The notes beneath the pieces are model-generated. The model was not told where the DNA came from. It made no database searches and saw only the letters and a list, made by a program, of their open reading frames with translations. A DNA stretch of 64,000 nt. Origin: Psammoneis japonica (Eukaryota). Below are positions 11,927-25,189 of the stretch, one piece after another. How positions within the stretch are numbered: the stretch's first letter is position 1; every line of letters begins with the position of its first letter. The stretch covers positions 496,001 through 560,000 of the forward strand of contig QPGO01000021.1 in NCBI GenBank assembly GCA_008632985.1, written 5' to 3'. The translations under genes and the position numbers were made by a program.

Positions 11927-12747
11927 CTACTTTGCATTAACACTATCATTTTTTGATGGATCATTGTGGTTCGATAGAATTTCATTTGGGTACTCAAAAC
12001 CAGCTCGCGTCAAGGCATGCTTCAACACGACGCGTAACTCTGTTTCTGCGACAACTTCTGCAAACTGTTGGAGCCCTTCCGCTTCATCGCTCTGGCTCTT
12101 CTTCAAGACGCTTGCACACAATTCGTGCACCGCCCGGGTCTCCCAGCATTGAGTTGGGCTTGAAAGATCATGACGACGATACCAATCCATAATCTCGTCA
12201 TTTTCTTCGTAGCGGGGTTGCAACTCCAAGACTTTTGGAACAATTCATCGTGGGGAAATGCAGTCGTGAAGCTTGAGGATTCCACCAGGGTGTTTGACCA
12301 GTAATTGGCATTCTGAAATCCCACCATTCCAAATTCACCCACATTGAAAGCTTCACGTCGATGAACCAAACAATGAACATAGGTGGCAAAGGTCTTGGCA
12401 TCCGGCGTCACCTTTTCGTACACAGATGGCCCGTATCCAAAATGCGTATCTTGTGGCCAGCTGAGCGGCGTTACCAAATCGTGAGCTTCATCTGTATAGC
12501 CATTGCCCACCAAGATCAATGCTGCCGACACGAGTCCAAAATAATGATGGTCATCGTTCTTACTGCTTGATGACATTTCTTCGAAAGTAGTTGGCAAGAT
12601 GTCTATTAATTTGGAAGAACGAATTTGCCTCATTTTTTCAATATTTTCAAAGTGCAGCGGCGGAGAGGACGATGGACCTAAAGGCCATTGTATGGTCGAA
12701 ATAGCAGACGCCAATGACGATGGCAGCACTGATGGAATGGATGGCAT
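11927..12747 (-). CDS. Hypothetical protein (frameshifted ORF pair)
   Basis: ORFs 12103..12747 and 11927..12229 overlap and read as one protein-like sequence. Ends are uncertain. Confidence 0.55.
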
Positions 12748-12833
12748 TCTTTCTCAAACGCTTGTTGCTTCTTCCCTCTACTCCTATTTCGGTTGTCGTT
12801 ATCATCGACCCATCACCCATCAACCTACCGGTA

Positions 12834-14450
12834 CCGCGTCGGTCCGCCTCATCTCGTTTGTCGTCGTGTCTGCGTGCGCGATTGTGCGGTTGCTTCTTGG
12901 GTGTGTGCGCTGCATGCTGCATGCATTGGTCACATCACGCACAACCAGGCAGTTGCTTGGCAGACTCAAAAGCAGAAAGCAAGGTTGTTTCTGATGTGCA
13001 CAAAAAGCTTTGGTGTTCTGCTGCTTTGCAGCAAAAGGATGGCTGAGCCTCTGCCAGCTGCAACTGCCCCGCCCTGCCTTGCCTCTTTGTCAGAAGAGTT
13101 GAGAGTCAGCCACAAAGGAGAGGGGCTCTCTCTTTCGTTGTTCTTTCTCAGGCCTGGCTTGTTGACCGAGTGTGGAAACGCATGCTTGAGCATTGATGCA
13201 CAATGTGCTTTCTTTTGAACACTTCTTCCTCTCACTTCTTGGCCCAGCCAGAAACACACAACCACTGCTCCTGTTGTTTGGCGCGCCAAGGGCAAGCGGC
13301 ACAATGTCATGAAAGATGCAAAACCAAGAGCGGCAAGAAGGCAATGATGGCACAGAGGGAGGTGTGGTGTGTGTGTGACACAACCTTGCTTTTCCATCTG
13401 ATGCTGGCTGGCATGTCCAGCTCCATTGACCACCAGGTTTTTTGTTGTTGAGACCCTCGCTCAGTTTGTGGCTCTTGTGTGTCTCGTGTGCAGTGTTGGC
13501 TGTCTTTCCTTTTGCAAAATGAAAGCAAAGAGCTTCTTTGGCATTTTGAGGCAATGGCATGTTGACTTTCTGAAAAGCCATTTTTAAAAAGCAAAGCCAA
13601 CTCTGGGTGACATCAGGTGAAGTGCAGCGTGCAGCCTGTCAGTCTCTCAGCCTGTTCCTGGTGCTGTCTCTCTGTGCTGTGTGGAGCCACGGCATGTTGA
13701 AGCCAAACCAGCCACTGCTGAAGTCTCTTGGCCTGCTGTTTGTGCACTGTTTTGCCATGAATTGGTGCTGAGCTGGCTGCCACTGAAGTCTCTCAGCTCG
13801 TTGTCACTTGCTGTGTGAGCTGCAAGCTGCTGCTGGGCCAGATGCTGCGAAAACAAGCTGCGCGCTTTTTGTTCGGTCTTTCACACAGCGTGCTCTCCTG
13901 CCAGAGTGTTTCCAATGCAAGCTGTCTTAACTGTTTGCTGCAAAAATCTGCAGAAAAACTCAGCACAGCAGAGTGTTTGCTGTGCCCCCGGTGCAAAGCG
14001 AGAGCTTGTGGGGCTGGTGCCGGTGTGCTCTCCAGACAAAAAAAGGGTTTTCACAGTTGCTGTGTGGTCTTGCATGGCAATGGAGATTGAGCTCCATTGC
14101 AAATTGTTTGCCAAGTCAGGGGATGTCCAAGTCTTCCCCTTGCGCTTTGCTTTTTCACAGACACGCTTTTCAGCGTGGGGCTGGCTGCTTTCTTTCATCG
14201 AAGCAATGTCTGTCAGTTCTCTGAGTGGCACCCTCGCTGTCACATTTTTCCCACCCACTCCAGTCAGCCAGGACATCATGACCCGCTTTGCCTTCAGACA
14301 TTGTTCAACCCCTGGTTTGCTTGGTTTCTGCAAAATGAGCGAAAAATTCTTCAGGCAGCAAAAAGAACTTCAGTGAGGACTCCAACCCCGCGCCTCTTGT
14401 CTTCGCAAGAACAAAAAGCACAACGCGCGTTGTGCAACTCTTAGTCGCGT
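12834..14450. other. TpA-depleted, TG/CA-enriched block 2 (degenerate sequence, probable repeat relic)
   Basis: Only about 3 TA seen (13585, 13928, 14442). ORFs lack Tyr and are rich in Cys/His/Gln. Confidence 0.85.
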
Positions 14451-15062
14451 TCGTCCAGTGTGCTGTCACTCTGAAACACAGTCGTTTCTACCCAAGCAAA
14501 GTCGGTGCGTGTTGGAAAACAACAACACCATGATGTTCGACAACAGCAAAAAGAACAACACCCGGGATTCCAACGTGGTCCCCCACCGTAGTACTAACCG
14601 GGCCAGAAGATGCTTAACTTCGCTGAGCAGACGGGAAGCGGTGCTGTCATCTTTGTATGGTCGTTCCTGCCTTAAGTAGCGATAAATAAATATATAAACA
14701 CTGAAATTGACATCTGTACGTAACTCCAATCTCTTCCGCGACATCTACTGCCACACTGACAGAAGGAGAGCTCTTTAACTCCTTACTAAGTTAAAGGAAA
14801 ATATGCATTGAATCAACTTCCCAAAAGTAGAGCTCTAGAGTCTAGCAGTAGTGAGCAGCAGGTAATGACGCTGCCTTTCCTCAACATTTCGTTTGTCCGC
14901 CTATAGAGTGCTGGTAGCTAGGTAGAGCTGCTGCTAGCCAGGTATGCTCGAGAGTCCCTCAGCTCAATGCGCCAGCATGCTAAATTCATACAGTCATTCG
15001 AGAGTGTCTGCATCTAGAAATTGTTATTAAAGGTCATCTAATGTTTACCTTGCATTTATCTA

Positions 15063-18000
15063 CTAGACGATTTCAACTTCACCGTTTGGAGGAGCACCAA
15101 CGCCATTGTTACCTTCCAGTGGCAATTCATAATCGCTATGCTTCGCCTTGAAATTGCGTAGTTTCTTCTCTATCCTTGTCTTTTCTCGTCTTGACGGCAG
15201 CAACTTCATGCCGTTTAGCGTTACAACAAGCATGACGCCCACGTCTGCCGCAATCGCCGTAAGAAGTGTCATTTTCCCAGCAAAGGTGAAACCGACAACT
15301 ACCAACTTGGCAACGACACTAATAAAAATATTCTCCTGAATAGTGACAATAACACGCGCACCCATCTTGATTGTGTACAGCAGCTTGGAAAGGTTCGAGT
15401 CCATGAGAGTAATGTCACTCATTTCCATTGCCAGCGCGGCGCCTTCACCCATAGCGACACCAACGTCGGCGACAGCTAGAGCCGGAGCATCGTTCACACC
15501 ATCACCGCACATGAGCACGTGCGACTTTCTCGAACATTGAGTACAGCAAGAACAACGACTGCTGCTATTGACTGGCGCCTTTAGGCTTCCAATGAAATGG
15601 AGTTTGTCTTCTGGTAAGAGCTGACTATGAACGTCGCTTTCGAGAATACCAACCTCTCGTGCAACTGCCCGGGCAGCTCCGTCTCCGTCGCCCGTAAGCA
15701 TGATTACCTGAATCCCACCATCGTGCAACGACCGAACGACTTCCTTGGCTTCCTCTCGAATAACATCCGTCACACAAAACGATCCAATAATGCCGTCTCC
15801 TTCGATACCAATAAAACCAACAGTGCCTCCCTTGCGATTCCAATCTTCTGCAGCCTGCTTATTAATCAAGGGAAGGGACTGGAGCATACCAACACGGTGA
15901 AACAATCGTTGGTTGCCCACGTACACCTGCTTTCCATTCACATTGGCCGTCACACCTTCACCCTTTAGAATGGAATGATCCGTCACTGCGGCATTCGCAG
16001 GAATCGATAAACCCTCCTTTTTCGCAGCGTCCACCAGTGTCTGAGAAAGAGGGTGACTAGATGGAGCCTCCATTAATGCAAGCAATTCCAGGCTGTTGTA
16101 TAAAATCAAAAGTGAGATTCAGACAAGAGGGAAGAAAACGCATCGTCAATCACTCAAATCTACAACAATATAAAGAAACTCACACTTGCTCCCGCGTATG
16201 ACTATTGCCAATTTTATCCAAATGAACCACTTGAAAGTTCCCTTCCGTCAGTGTTCCCGTCTTGTCAAAGACAACCTTGTCCACCGATCCGAGTGCCTCC
16301 AATCGTGATCCACCCTTGACAATGACACCCCGTTGTGCGGTGGCTGCCAATCCTGCCGAATACGTCACGGGCGTGCTAATGGTCAAGGCACAGGGACACG
16401 CAATGACAATGATAATGAGTCCATTCAGGGTCCAGTAGCGTCCCTCCTCTTTACCAAAAAACCACGGAACGGTACACATGAGACCGGCAATCAAGACAAC
16501 AATCGGCGTGTAGGCCTTGGCAAAGGAATCAATCAATTTTTCCGTCGGACTGCGATTGGCTTGTGCTTCCTCGACGAGTCGAATCAAGCGAGACACGGCC
16601 GAATCTTCCACGGTCGATGTGGTGCGAACCAAGAGTTGTGTCGTTCCAATGTTAATACTTCCACCCGAAACGGCATCGCCCGCCTTTTTCGTAATGGGCA
16701 AGGCTTCACCCGTCAATGAACTCTCATCCACCGCCGAGGTTCCCTCCACCACGATACCATCGGCAGCAATCTTATCCCCCGTCCGTACCGACAGAGTACT
16801 TCCAATGGGAACCTTATCGGCGGGTACAATAACAATTTCCTTGGTGGTCGGATGTACGACATTGGCATGATCGGGACGCAAACTGACAATGGCCGAGAGT
16901 GCCCTGCGTGCCTTGGCGGTAGCGCGTGCTTCCAAGTATTCCGAAACGGCAAACAAAAAGGAAACCGAGGCGGCTTCNNNNNNNNNNNNNNNNNNNNNNN
17001 NNNNNNNNNNNNNNNNNNNNNNNNNNNNNNNNNNNNNNNNNNNNNNNNNNNNNNNNNNNNNNNNNNNNNNNNNNNNNNNNNNNNNNNNNNNNNNNNNNNN
17101 NNNNNNNNNNNNNNNNNNNNNNNNNNNNNNNNNNNNNNNNNNNNNNNNNNNNNNNNNNNNNNNNNNNNNNNNNNNNNNNNNNNNNNNNNNNNNNNNNNNN
17201 NNNNNNNNNNNNNNNNNNNNNNNNNNNNNNNNNNNNNNNNNNNNNNNNNNNNNNNNNNNNNNNNNNNNNNNNNNNNNNNNNNNNNNNNNNNNNNNNNNNN
17301 NNNNNNNNNNNNNNNNNNNNNNNNNNNNNNNNNNNNNNNNNNNNNNNNNNNNNNNNNNNNNNNNNNNNNNNTGAGGGCATGCCAAATGTTCGACGGCTCC
17401 ATCAATTGCCACGGTCGCTTGCAATCCAAATCGTGCCAACAATTCCACCATAGCATCGGCCGTGGACAATTCGGGATTGTGTTCCACCTTGACGGTTTTC
17501 GATGGCACGTGTGGATAAAACGCACGTACTTGTGTACGAATGTAATTTTGACGAAAGGCCTTTTCCAAAACCGATACATGATTGAGTGAGAGATTGGCAA
17601 TCACTAGAGTCGATTCGACGTATTTGGATCGTGCCACCGACAAGGCCGTTGTTTGACGTTCGACAATGTCTTGTTTGGCATCCGTGGCCAATTCCGTTTC
17701 GTATTGTTCCTTGAGCAATTCTTCTTGGAGTGTGGCAGCCGAAATTTGTGTCACATCGTGTTCGATATACACGACACACTCGGACACATTGACACCGATC
17801 CGTTTGACTCCGGGTAATTTTGTGAGAATGATTTGCAATTTGGAAATATCCCGTTCCGAAATGACTCGTTTCAAATGCAACGTGGTACGTCCGACATTTT
17901 CCGGTAAAAAATGATCCAAACTCGCACTACCACCATCCTTGTGTACCTTGGCACCAAATCCCTCCTTATTGAGTGCATCTGCACAAACACGTGCCGAAAC

Positions 18001-18677
18001 CAAACTCGCATCGTGATGAACATAGACCATTTTCGTGGTAATGTTGATTTGAATCTTGGATACACCGTGTACCTTGCGTAATATTTTTTGAATCGATGGA
18101 CATTCCGATGCACAACAAATGCCTTGCACGTGTAGAATCGAACGACACAACGTCGCTTGATTGTTATTGTTGTGAGCATCATCCACAACTTGTAATTGAA
18201 TCGACGTTCGTGGTGTAAATCCCACCAATGTTAAATTCTCCATCAAGTGTTGTTCGGTCGTTTGTGTATCATGATCGACTAGGACGGTTTTCGTTTCCAA
18301 TGTTGCCATGACACGCGTCACTCCCGGCAGGGCGTCAAAATGGATTGAATCAAGAGTACTTGCGAGGCACAATCGAAATTTTCAATCACAAGTTTGGTAC
18401 GAATCATAGAGCCATCGTCTTCATCAGAAGTGTCTTTGTTTTGAATGATTAAATTGTTTGGAATGGGCTCCTTGGGTTCGGGATGATCGGCACATGTCGT
18501 ACATTCACCACAAAACATGTAATCGGGATGATACTGACCACCCTGTTGAAGTGGCATGGATGCTAATTGTTCCGACGTTGGTGAGACCGGGGGAGTTACA
18601 ATGTTGGTAGACATGGTGGGGAACGGTGGTGGTGGTGGCATGTTATTGCTGCTGTTGCTGCTGTTGGTAGAAGTCAT
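15063..18677 (-). CDS. P1B-type heavy-metal (Zn/Cd-type) ATPase with several N-terminal HMA domains
   Basis: Motifs GICCASE (HMA), DESSLTGE, intramembrane CPC, DKTGTLT, SSHP, MLTGD and GDGVNDAPAL. Intron at 16093-16183, frameshift near 18360, and interrupted by the N gap. Confidence 0.92.
16978..17371. other. Assembly gap (394 N)
   Basis: Run of N. Confidence 1.
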
Positions 18678-19326
18678 GGTGATGATGCTGGAAGAGGGAT
18701 GGGGTACTGTAATTGTTTGTGGGTGTTTCTTGTTGTGCTGAACAGCCTCAACAAGAGCAACACAGCACCTTTCGGGGGACTGTCTTGTGTGTTTTGTCTC
18801 GCGGAGGCAAGAGTCTTTTTGGGTCACACGACGTGAGTTTGAGACAGGTGGTGCGTAGATTTTACGCAATTTCAGTACTGTGGTAGACGTGGTGTTGAAT
18901 GACGGTGCAAGCCAGAAAACATTACGTCAGGGTTGAGTATCCAAGTTTGTGTGAAGAGTTTCACTATGCAGTATCTGTGAATGAATACTGAGTATTGGTG
19001 AATTGGGTAGTGCGTTGACCGTTGGATGCCACATTTCATTTTCAAATATTTTAGCGTTGGGTGATTATCTTATTTATGTATGAATAAATGCATAAAATTA
19101 GTGGGTGATGCTTCGTCTGGCATCGTGCGTTGGAATTTTTGAGGTCGAAAAAGATTGAAGATGCGTCGTCGGATCGTCGCTCGTCATACATGCATCAGCC
19201 TCTCACATCCATCTCACATCTCGCTGTGTTGCTGTCGCTGTTGTTGATATTATCATACAGTACTTTGTGCTGTTTTACTGCTCATCACCGTTCTTCCTAT
19301 TATAAAGCAAAACCTTCACATTAACA

Positions 19327-21320
19327 ATGTACAAGACACATGTAACACTCGGTAATGCCAGTACGGCACATGGGATGCGTCGTATTCTCAAACACTTGCC
19401 ACCGGTTCAAAAGTATATTCGTCAAGCCGTCGAGGCTGGTATTTATTACAAAGAACCACAACAACCAGAATCGCCGTCGTCCACCACCCAAACGGACACT
19501 GCCGTATGGACATCCATTCAAGATTATCCCGTGGATTATCAAATTCTCACCTTGCATCCACCCATTCCACCAAAACCACGTGTACCGAAAAAATTTCAAC
19601 CCCAAAACCAAAATTACCCACGGAACGGCTTGCGAAAAAGTATTTACAAAAACAACAAACCACAAGACAACAACAACAACAAAATGATTGGAATCGAGAG
19701 TATTATGAAAAAATTCTTGGTATTCCATCTCCCAAAACAAGAATTCTTCCAATAGTATGGGATTCAAATCGCATCAAATCAACAAGGCCTATGCGGTTGC
19801 CATGAAACAATACCAAGTCATGCGCACATCCGATGGTGATTTGAGTGAAGACGAAGCCTTGGAGATTGTCGAACAAATGTTAAAAGATGAAAATATACAA
19901 GAACGACAAGCAAGTCGAAAACTCACCAAGCAAATCGTGGAGGAATGCAAACATCAAGAAGAAACAAAACACGAAAGCACAACCGAAACGATTGATTCAA
20001 ACAACAACGAGTCAAATGACGATTTGTCATCGATTCCATCCGTCTTGCATTCCAAACCCCACACGATTCAAGGCATGACGATTGGTCACAACGTCTCGCC
20101 ACAATTCCCTACCACAATGGACGGTCGGTGCCACGACGGCACTGGATCATTGGATTGCACGCTCCGTCTTGAATTGGGACGAAGACACATGGCAATTGCT
20201 CTTGGAGGGAATCGATCCTACTCTAAAATCAAGAGGACACGATTGATTGCCGCACGGCATGCGCTGTTTCCAGAAACCAATAATTTGCAGGAACAAGACG
20301 AGTATGATGATACTGATATGATTTACATGAAGAGTCGTCGACGGCTGACACGGAAAAGACAATTGATGAGTTGTTGGCAAGCCTTGGTGCCTATGATGAT
20401 GATGATGATGACGAACAAGAACAACAAGATGAAAAGGAGGACGAAGGAGATTTGGATGCCAAGGTTGCCAAACTTGTAGAGGAATTGCAGGCATGGCGCA
20501 TCAAGCATGCCGATACACCCTATCAAGATTGGATTACCGAAGATCAAGAGGAATTTGGTGTATGTGTAATACATGTTTGTCTCTTGCGTGTTTTTCTTTT
20601 TTTGTTTCTCTCCACCATGTATTCTAAACTTTGTCATTGTTTCTTTCTTCAATGCTTCTTGTTACAGAATTGGCTTGAAAAATACGTGGCAACTCTGACA
20701 CCCGACACCGACGACAAAAAGGTTGTGGACATGGACAAGACCCGCGAGGCACTCTTGGCGGTACCACCCATGACAAGAGAGGAGAGTGACGATTTTTGGT
20801 CGCACCTGTCAGACGAAGCGGCTGCGGCTGAATGGTTGCAATCGGTCGATATATCCAACTTGCCACCCGATGCATCGCGTGTGTTGCAAGCCTTTCAAGA
20901 ACTTCCCTTTGAGACTCGAGTCCAAAAGTTGGTTGAGCTGGGAACACTCGAGCCACTCTGGAATGAGTATACGCCGGAATCGGTTCGAATTCAATTTTGC
21001 AACGCCATTATCGCAAACTGTTGCACGATCTCGATATGGAACATTTGGTACCGGATCCCCGTGGTCCCGTGACGGCCAATGATATGGGTGAAGCTTGGAT
21101 GGAATTGCACGGCATTGTCAACAAGGACCAACGGTTGCCATTCAAAGAATGCCATACAAGGAGAGTGAGTATGATTATTATTTGGAGGAATACACCACGC
21201 ACAAGGCTGGACGAGCGAGATTTGAAGAATTCATGTTTCAAAAGGCAAGTTGGGATTGCAGTACGGTGACAAGCCAAACGAAAAGGATGATGATGATGAT
21301 TTGGAGGATGAGGAATCGTA
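19327..21320 (+). CDS. Hypothetical protein broken by several frameshifts and at least one intron
   Basis: Chain of overlapping protein-like ORFs starting at 19327, 19757, 20371, 20997 and 21095. Intron at about 20559-20667. Confidence 0.6.
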
Positions 21321-21366
21321 AATTTAGAACTGAGTATTTCAATACAGTATTGGATAGTGTTATTAT

Positions 21367-22279
21367 TTAGCAAATCTTTTTCTCGCCGTCCCCTTCGTCA
21401 CCCGACAATGACGCCGCCGGCACGAGCAAGTGGGCATCGTCGTGTTCCACAACATTTTCTAGGAAAACGTCGGTAGCTCTATCATTTCGATTCTTTCTAG
21501 TGTGAATCACAAACACACTAATGGCACCCATCAAGACGACACACGCTCCAACAATGGGTCCCACCACGACGACCGCGACAGAATCATTTTGTTGTTGTTG
21601 TGTTGTTGTGATTGTTGATATTCGGGTGTGTTGAGAATTTCACAACGAGCGCCAGTGTATTCCGGAGGACACCGACAACCCAAATGCCTGGATTTAAAAA
21701 AAATAGATAAACAGCATAGCGCAAAGTTGAGAAGGCGCTTTCACCAGAGATACTCGTCGAAACAGACTCGGTCGTGTGTTCTACTCACTGAAATGGCAAA
21801 TCGGCCTTGTCGGCGGGTGGCGGTATGACTGTAGCACCGTGTATTAGATTGAGACACTTGCCTCCGTGCGTACAGTAGGATTGAATAGAGTCAATGGTAG
21901 TACCACCCTCGCTTTGTGGAATGTATGGGTAACAGTAACTTGTTGCCGGTCGTTTGCATTGTCGGCCTGCAAAATACGACATTTTGTAGGCAGCTAAGCA
22001 TTCGCAATCGTCCGACGACTCGCAGCGTTCTTGACAAGTCATGCCGGTCCAACCTGTCGGACAGTCACAAAATTCCATCATGTTGTCATTGGCAATATCT
22101 AATTGAAGCTCGTGTTCTGTCTCGTGCATGGTTCGCCAACATGAACCCCCATTGTGGCATTGCAATGCGCACGCGTGCTGTTCAAACAGAAATGCACTTG
22201 CTAACGTGACTGACGATAACAACAAGACTATCAAAGTCAAGAACCGATCTAATAAGGAGCACTTCCGAGTCGTCGCCAT
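21367..22279 (-). CDS. EGF-like domain type I membrane protein
   Basis: Signal peptide, EGF motifs CHNGGSC..CDCPTGWTGMTC and CTHGGKC..CRCPPEYTGARC, and a C-terminal transmembrane helix. Intron at about 21688-21788. Confidence 0.8.
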
Positions 22280-22427
22280 GGTTCAGATTATCCTGTCGAC
22301 TGTTTCTGGAGCTCGCGAGCCGTGGTGGGTCTCATTTTGTTGGTTGGCTCACTTTTTTCGCGGCCGGACTCAAACGCACGATTCACCCCGCGCAAAAAAG
22401 CGCGGCAAACCACTCCGACACTAATTG

Positions 22428-22558
22428 TATATTCAATGAGGAATGTTGTACATACCAAGAAAAGTGTTCCAGACACTTAGTAATGAGTCGTGTAAAACGA
22501 ACCTACTATCCAATGTATGCACTTTTCTTGGTATGTACAACATTCCTCATTGAATATA
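22428..22558. mobile_element. Miniature inverted-repeat element, 131 bp, with a perfect 39-bp inverted repeat ending in TA on both sides
   Basis: 22428-22466 (TATATTCAATGAGGAATGTTGTACATACCAAGAAAAGTG) is the exact reverse complement of 22520-22558. The terminal TA fits a Tc1/mariner-type TSD. Confidence 0.7.
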
Positions 22559-23439
22559 TCAATTCACATATGACGTTATGGGGTGTAACCGACAATGAGT
22601 GTGCCTCCCAAAAGCAACGTTGTGAGATGATTACACCACACGAAAGACATCCCCCCATGACATGATACGTCGTACTCTAGTATCACCAACCTAATGATTC
22701 GTTCTTAGCCGCGTTGGTTTCACAACGACGAGAAAGCGCCGTGTTCTTTATTTGCTCTCGATGGTGCTTCGAGTGCAAGTGTTCACAGGCACGCGCACGC
22801 TTGAATAAATCCCTTACGCCCATAATCAGATAATCAGACAGACCTTTTTTCCTTTGGTCACTGATGCGTTCAGCAAGCAATGATGATGCAGCAAGGAAGG
22901 TTTTCGTTTTTACCGGCAGGCAGCAGTAGCGTTGCAACAGCAATCACGATCGTCCCGCGACTACATACAGCCGAGTCTTGCTTATTTCCCCAAGACTCAT
23001 CACAAAGAAACTTCGGCATGTATAAAACTCAATAGGAAAAAACGCGACCTCTCTTCGTTCCGCGAGGTTAAATCTTCAGAATGAAGTCGCCCAAGCCTCC
23101 TCACAAAATGAAAACAAAACAAACAAAAAGGAATTATATCTTATCCTACCTTTGACACCTAGAGTGAGTACAAGTCAGTGCAGCATGGCGTTCCAATAAG
23201 AATTCTTCGTATCCTGCTGTTGACTGACCAGCGGATTGACCATGTTTGTTTTGTCTTGCATGACACAGCTAGAACAATGGAGCTATTGCTTGCGCCTCCT
23301 GTTGTCACATTTTCTCTTGCAAGAAAGTTCGAGTATTCGCAGTTGCACACCCGAAGCCTTGGTGTTGCTGATGCCGAAACCGCAACTGCCGTCGTCTTTT
23401 TGGAAAACTTTGAAGATACGAATCAGGTTTCACTGTAGG

Positions 23440-24205
23440 AACATAATCATGGAGACTATAGCGTTGAACCCGGGTGGCCCGAACACTGGTCACAATCGGA
23501 ACAAATGTGGAAGTTTGAAGAAGATGGCAAAGTTCGAAGCATAGCCAAACCCAACGAATGCTGGATTGTCGATGACGAATCCCAACTCCAGTTAACAAAC
23601 TGTGATCGAGCATCGGGAGACCGTGCCAAGTTCCACGTTGAAACCGTCAACAGCAAGCTTCTGCTAGTTCGAATCTTGGTTGGCGAATCACATCGTTTGA
23701 GGTTGGATCAAAATGTGTACTGTACGTTGCTGAGGATGAATGTCCAATTGCTGATGGCTACCTGTGGACGCGGACGGAGGTCAAGTACTTCAACATTTAT
23801 GGCATTGACAATGGATGCATCGTTCCCGACTATCCGACCGATGCAGTTTCCTTCGCTACATGCGACTACCCTTTGGACTCAAGCATTATTTCTCAATGGT
23901 GGCAAGAAAGCTATTACGGCTTGATCCACTCTCGCGTCGATCCCCTCAAATGTCTGCAAGCTGGCTATAGCGGCGAAATAAAGGAATCCAAAATGAGATT
24001 AAGCCATTGCACTGGCGAGGCCAATCAGCAGTTTGAGGATCTTTCGGTGTCGAATGTCATAACGCTGAAAAACGGTAATTTTGTTGCAGTTGCTGAAAAT
24101 GAAAATGGCAAACCAGTAAAGGATGTATCCAAGATTGTTATCAAGGACCGAGAACATCTTGACGACGAAGACAGAGTCCACAGCTGGACTGTAAGTTACG
24201 TGTGA
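23440..24205 (+). CDS. Ricin-B (beta-trefoil) lectin-like protein, frameshifted; 5' end unresolved
   Basis: QxW/QxF repeats with paired Cys: EQMWKF...NECW...LTNC and SQWW...LKCLQ...LSHC...NQQF. Confidence 0.5.
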
Positions 24206-24394
24206 AATGGTCCAAACTAACAGTTCAATGCAACATCCGTTTCTTAATCTCTACTACAATTTTTAAGTATCAAATCACCGTTCTCCATAGTTTGACCGAG
24301 AATAGTCTACAGCAGAGAGAACAAGCGCAACAAATACAACAAGCTCTACGACTGGGTAATGGAAAAACTTCATCGATGCTGGTTGTGTCTCTTT

Positions 24395-24885
24395 TCAAAA
24401 TTGCTTGACAGTATCAACAATAACACTGATCGCCAAGGGGGTGATTCCGAATGCCCAAATAACAGCCAGAATTGCATCCTTCTTCTTCAACTGTGTATAG
24501 TCAATCTTGGGTGCTCCTTTCTTTTCGGCGTTCTTCTGGTACGCCCAGTCCATGGCATTGTTGAGCTTGGCATCCATGTTTCCCGTTGCCTCGGCCCGGC
24601 TAACTCCAGCGGTAGCCATGTATTTTGAGAACCGCCTGCTCATATTCATCTGCATTCGTCAGCCGAGTGAAAAAGGGGGAAGGACCGTGTCGAAGCAAAG
24701 AACCGATTGGATCATAAGGATAAACACCATCGTCGTCGGGGGCTTTTTCCCACCGTTCCGTTTGCTTGTCGAACGTGGGCTTGCGGGCAAAAAGTGGCGA
24801 CGACTTGCTGCCGCTGAACCTGCTTTGAGGAGCAAACGCAGCCACCGAGGCGCAAAGAATAGAAAGCAAGAGGGACACGCATCAT
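24395..24885 (-). CDS. Small plastid-targeted membrane protein of unknown function (apparent indels near 24620 and 24872)
   Basis: Signal peptide followed by ASVAAFAP cleavage motif. ORFs 24600..24878 and 24395..24655 join at YEQAVLK/YMATAG. C-terminal transmembrane helix. Confidence 0.75.
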
Positions 24886-25180
24886 CGTTGTGGCAAATTT
24901 CTGTCTTGTTCTGTCCACAGATAGTAGCAACAACAAAAACTGTGCTATCTTGCGTCGTCATTGTCACAACGCAACATCCACGGTGCGACGGCGGATGACG
25001 TGTTCACTTTCTCCGGTTCATTCCCGAAACAAGACTGGATTCGCGACTCAAAAGTTCCCTCCGACCCCTTTGTTGAGACCCAATGCCGCACATGCCACGA
25101 CAAAACCGCCCAGGCTTAAGTGGCGAGACAACTTCCAACTTCAGGTCGAAAGCATTGGGCTTGTGGAGTCAAATAAGGTG
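24845..25180 (+). repeat. Dispersed direct repeat, copy A (5' end and upstream region of the plastid-targeted gene)
   Basis: Shares AAAGAATAGAAAGCAAGAG, GATGACGTGTTCACTTT, GACTCAAAAGTTCCCTCCGACCC and AAGTGGCGAGACAACTTCCAACTTCAGGTC with 38200-38617. Confidence 0.9.
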
Positions 25181-25189
25181 TGGCGCTCA

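Noticed and set aside
16713..17600. ORFs spanning X runs
   Set aside because: They are artefacts of the N gap.
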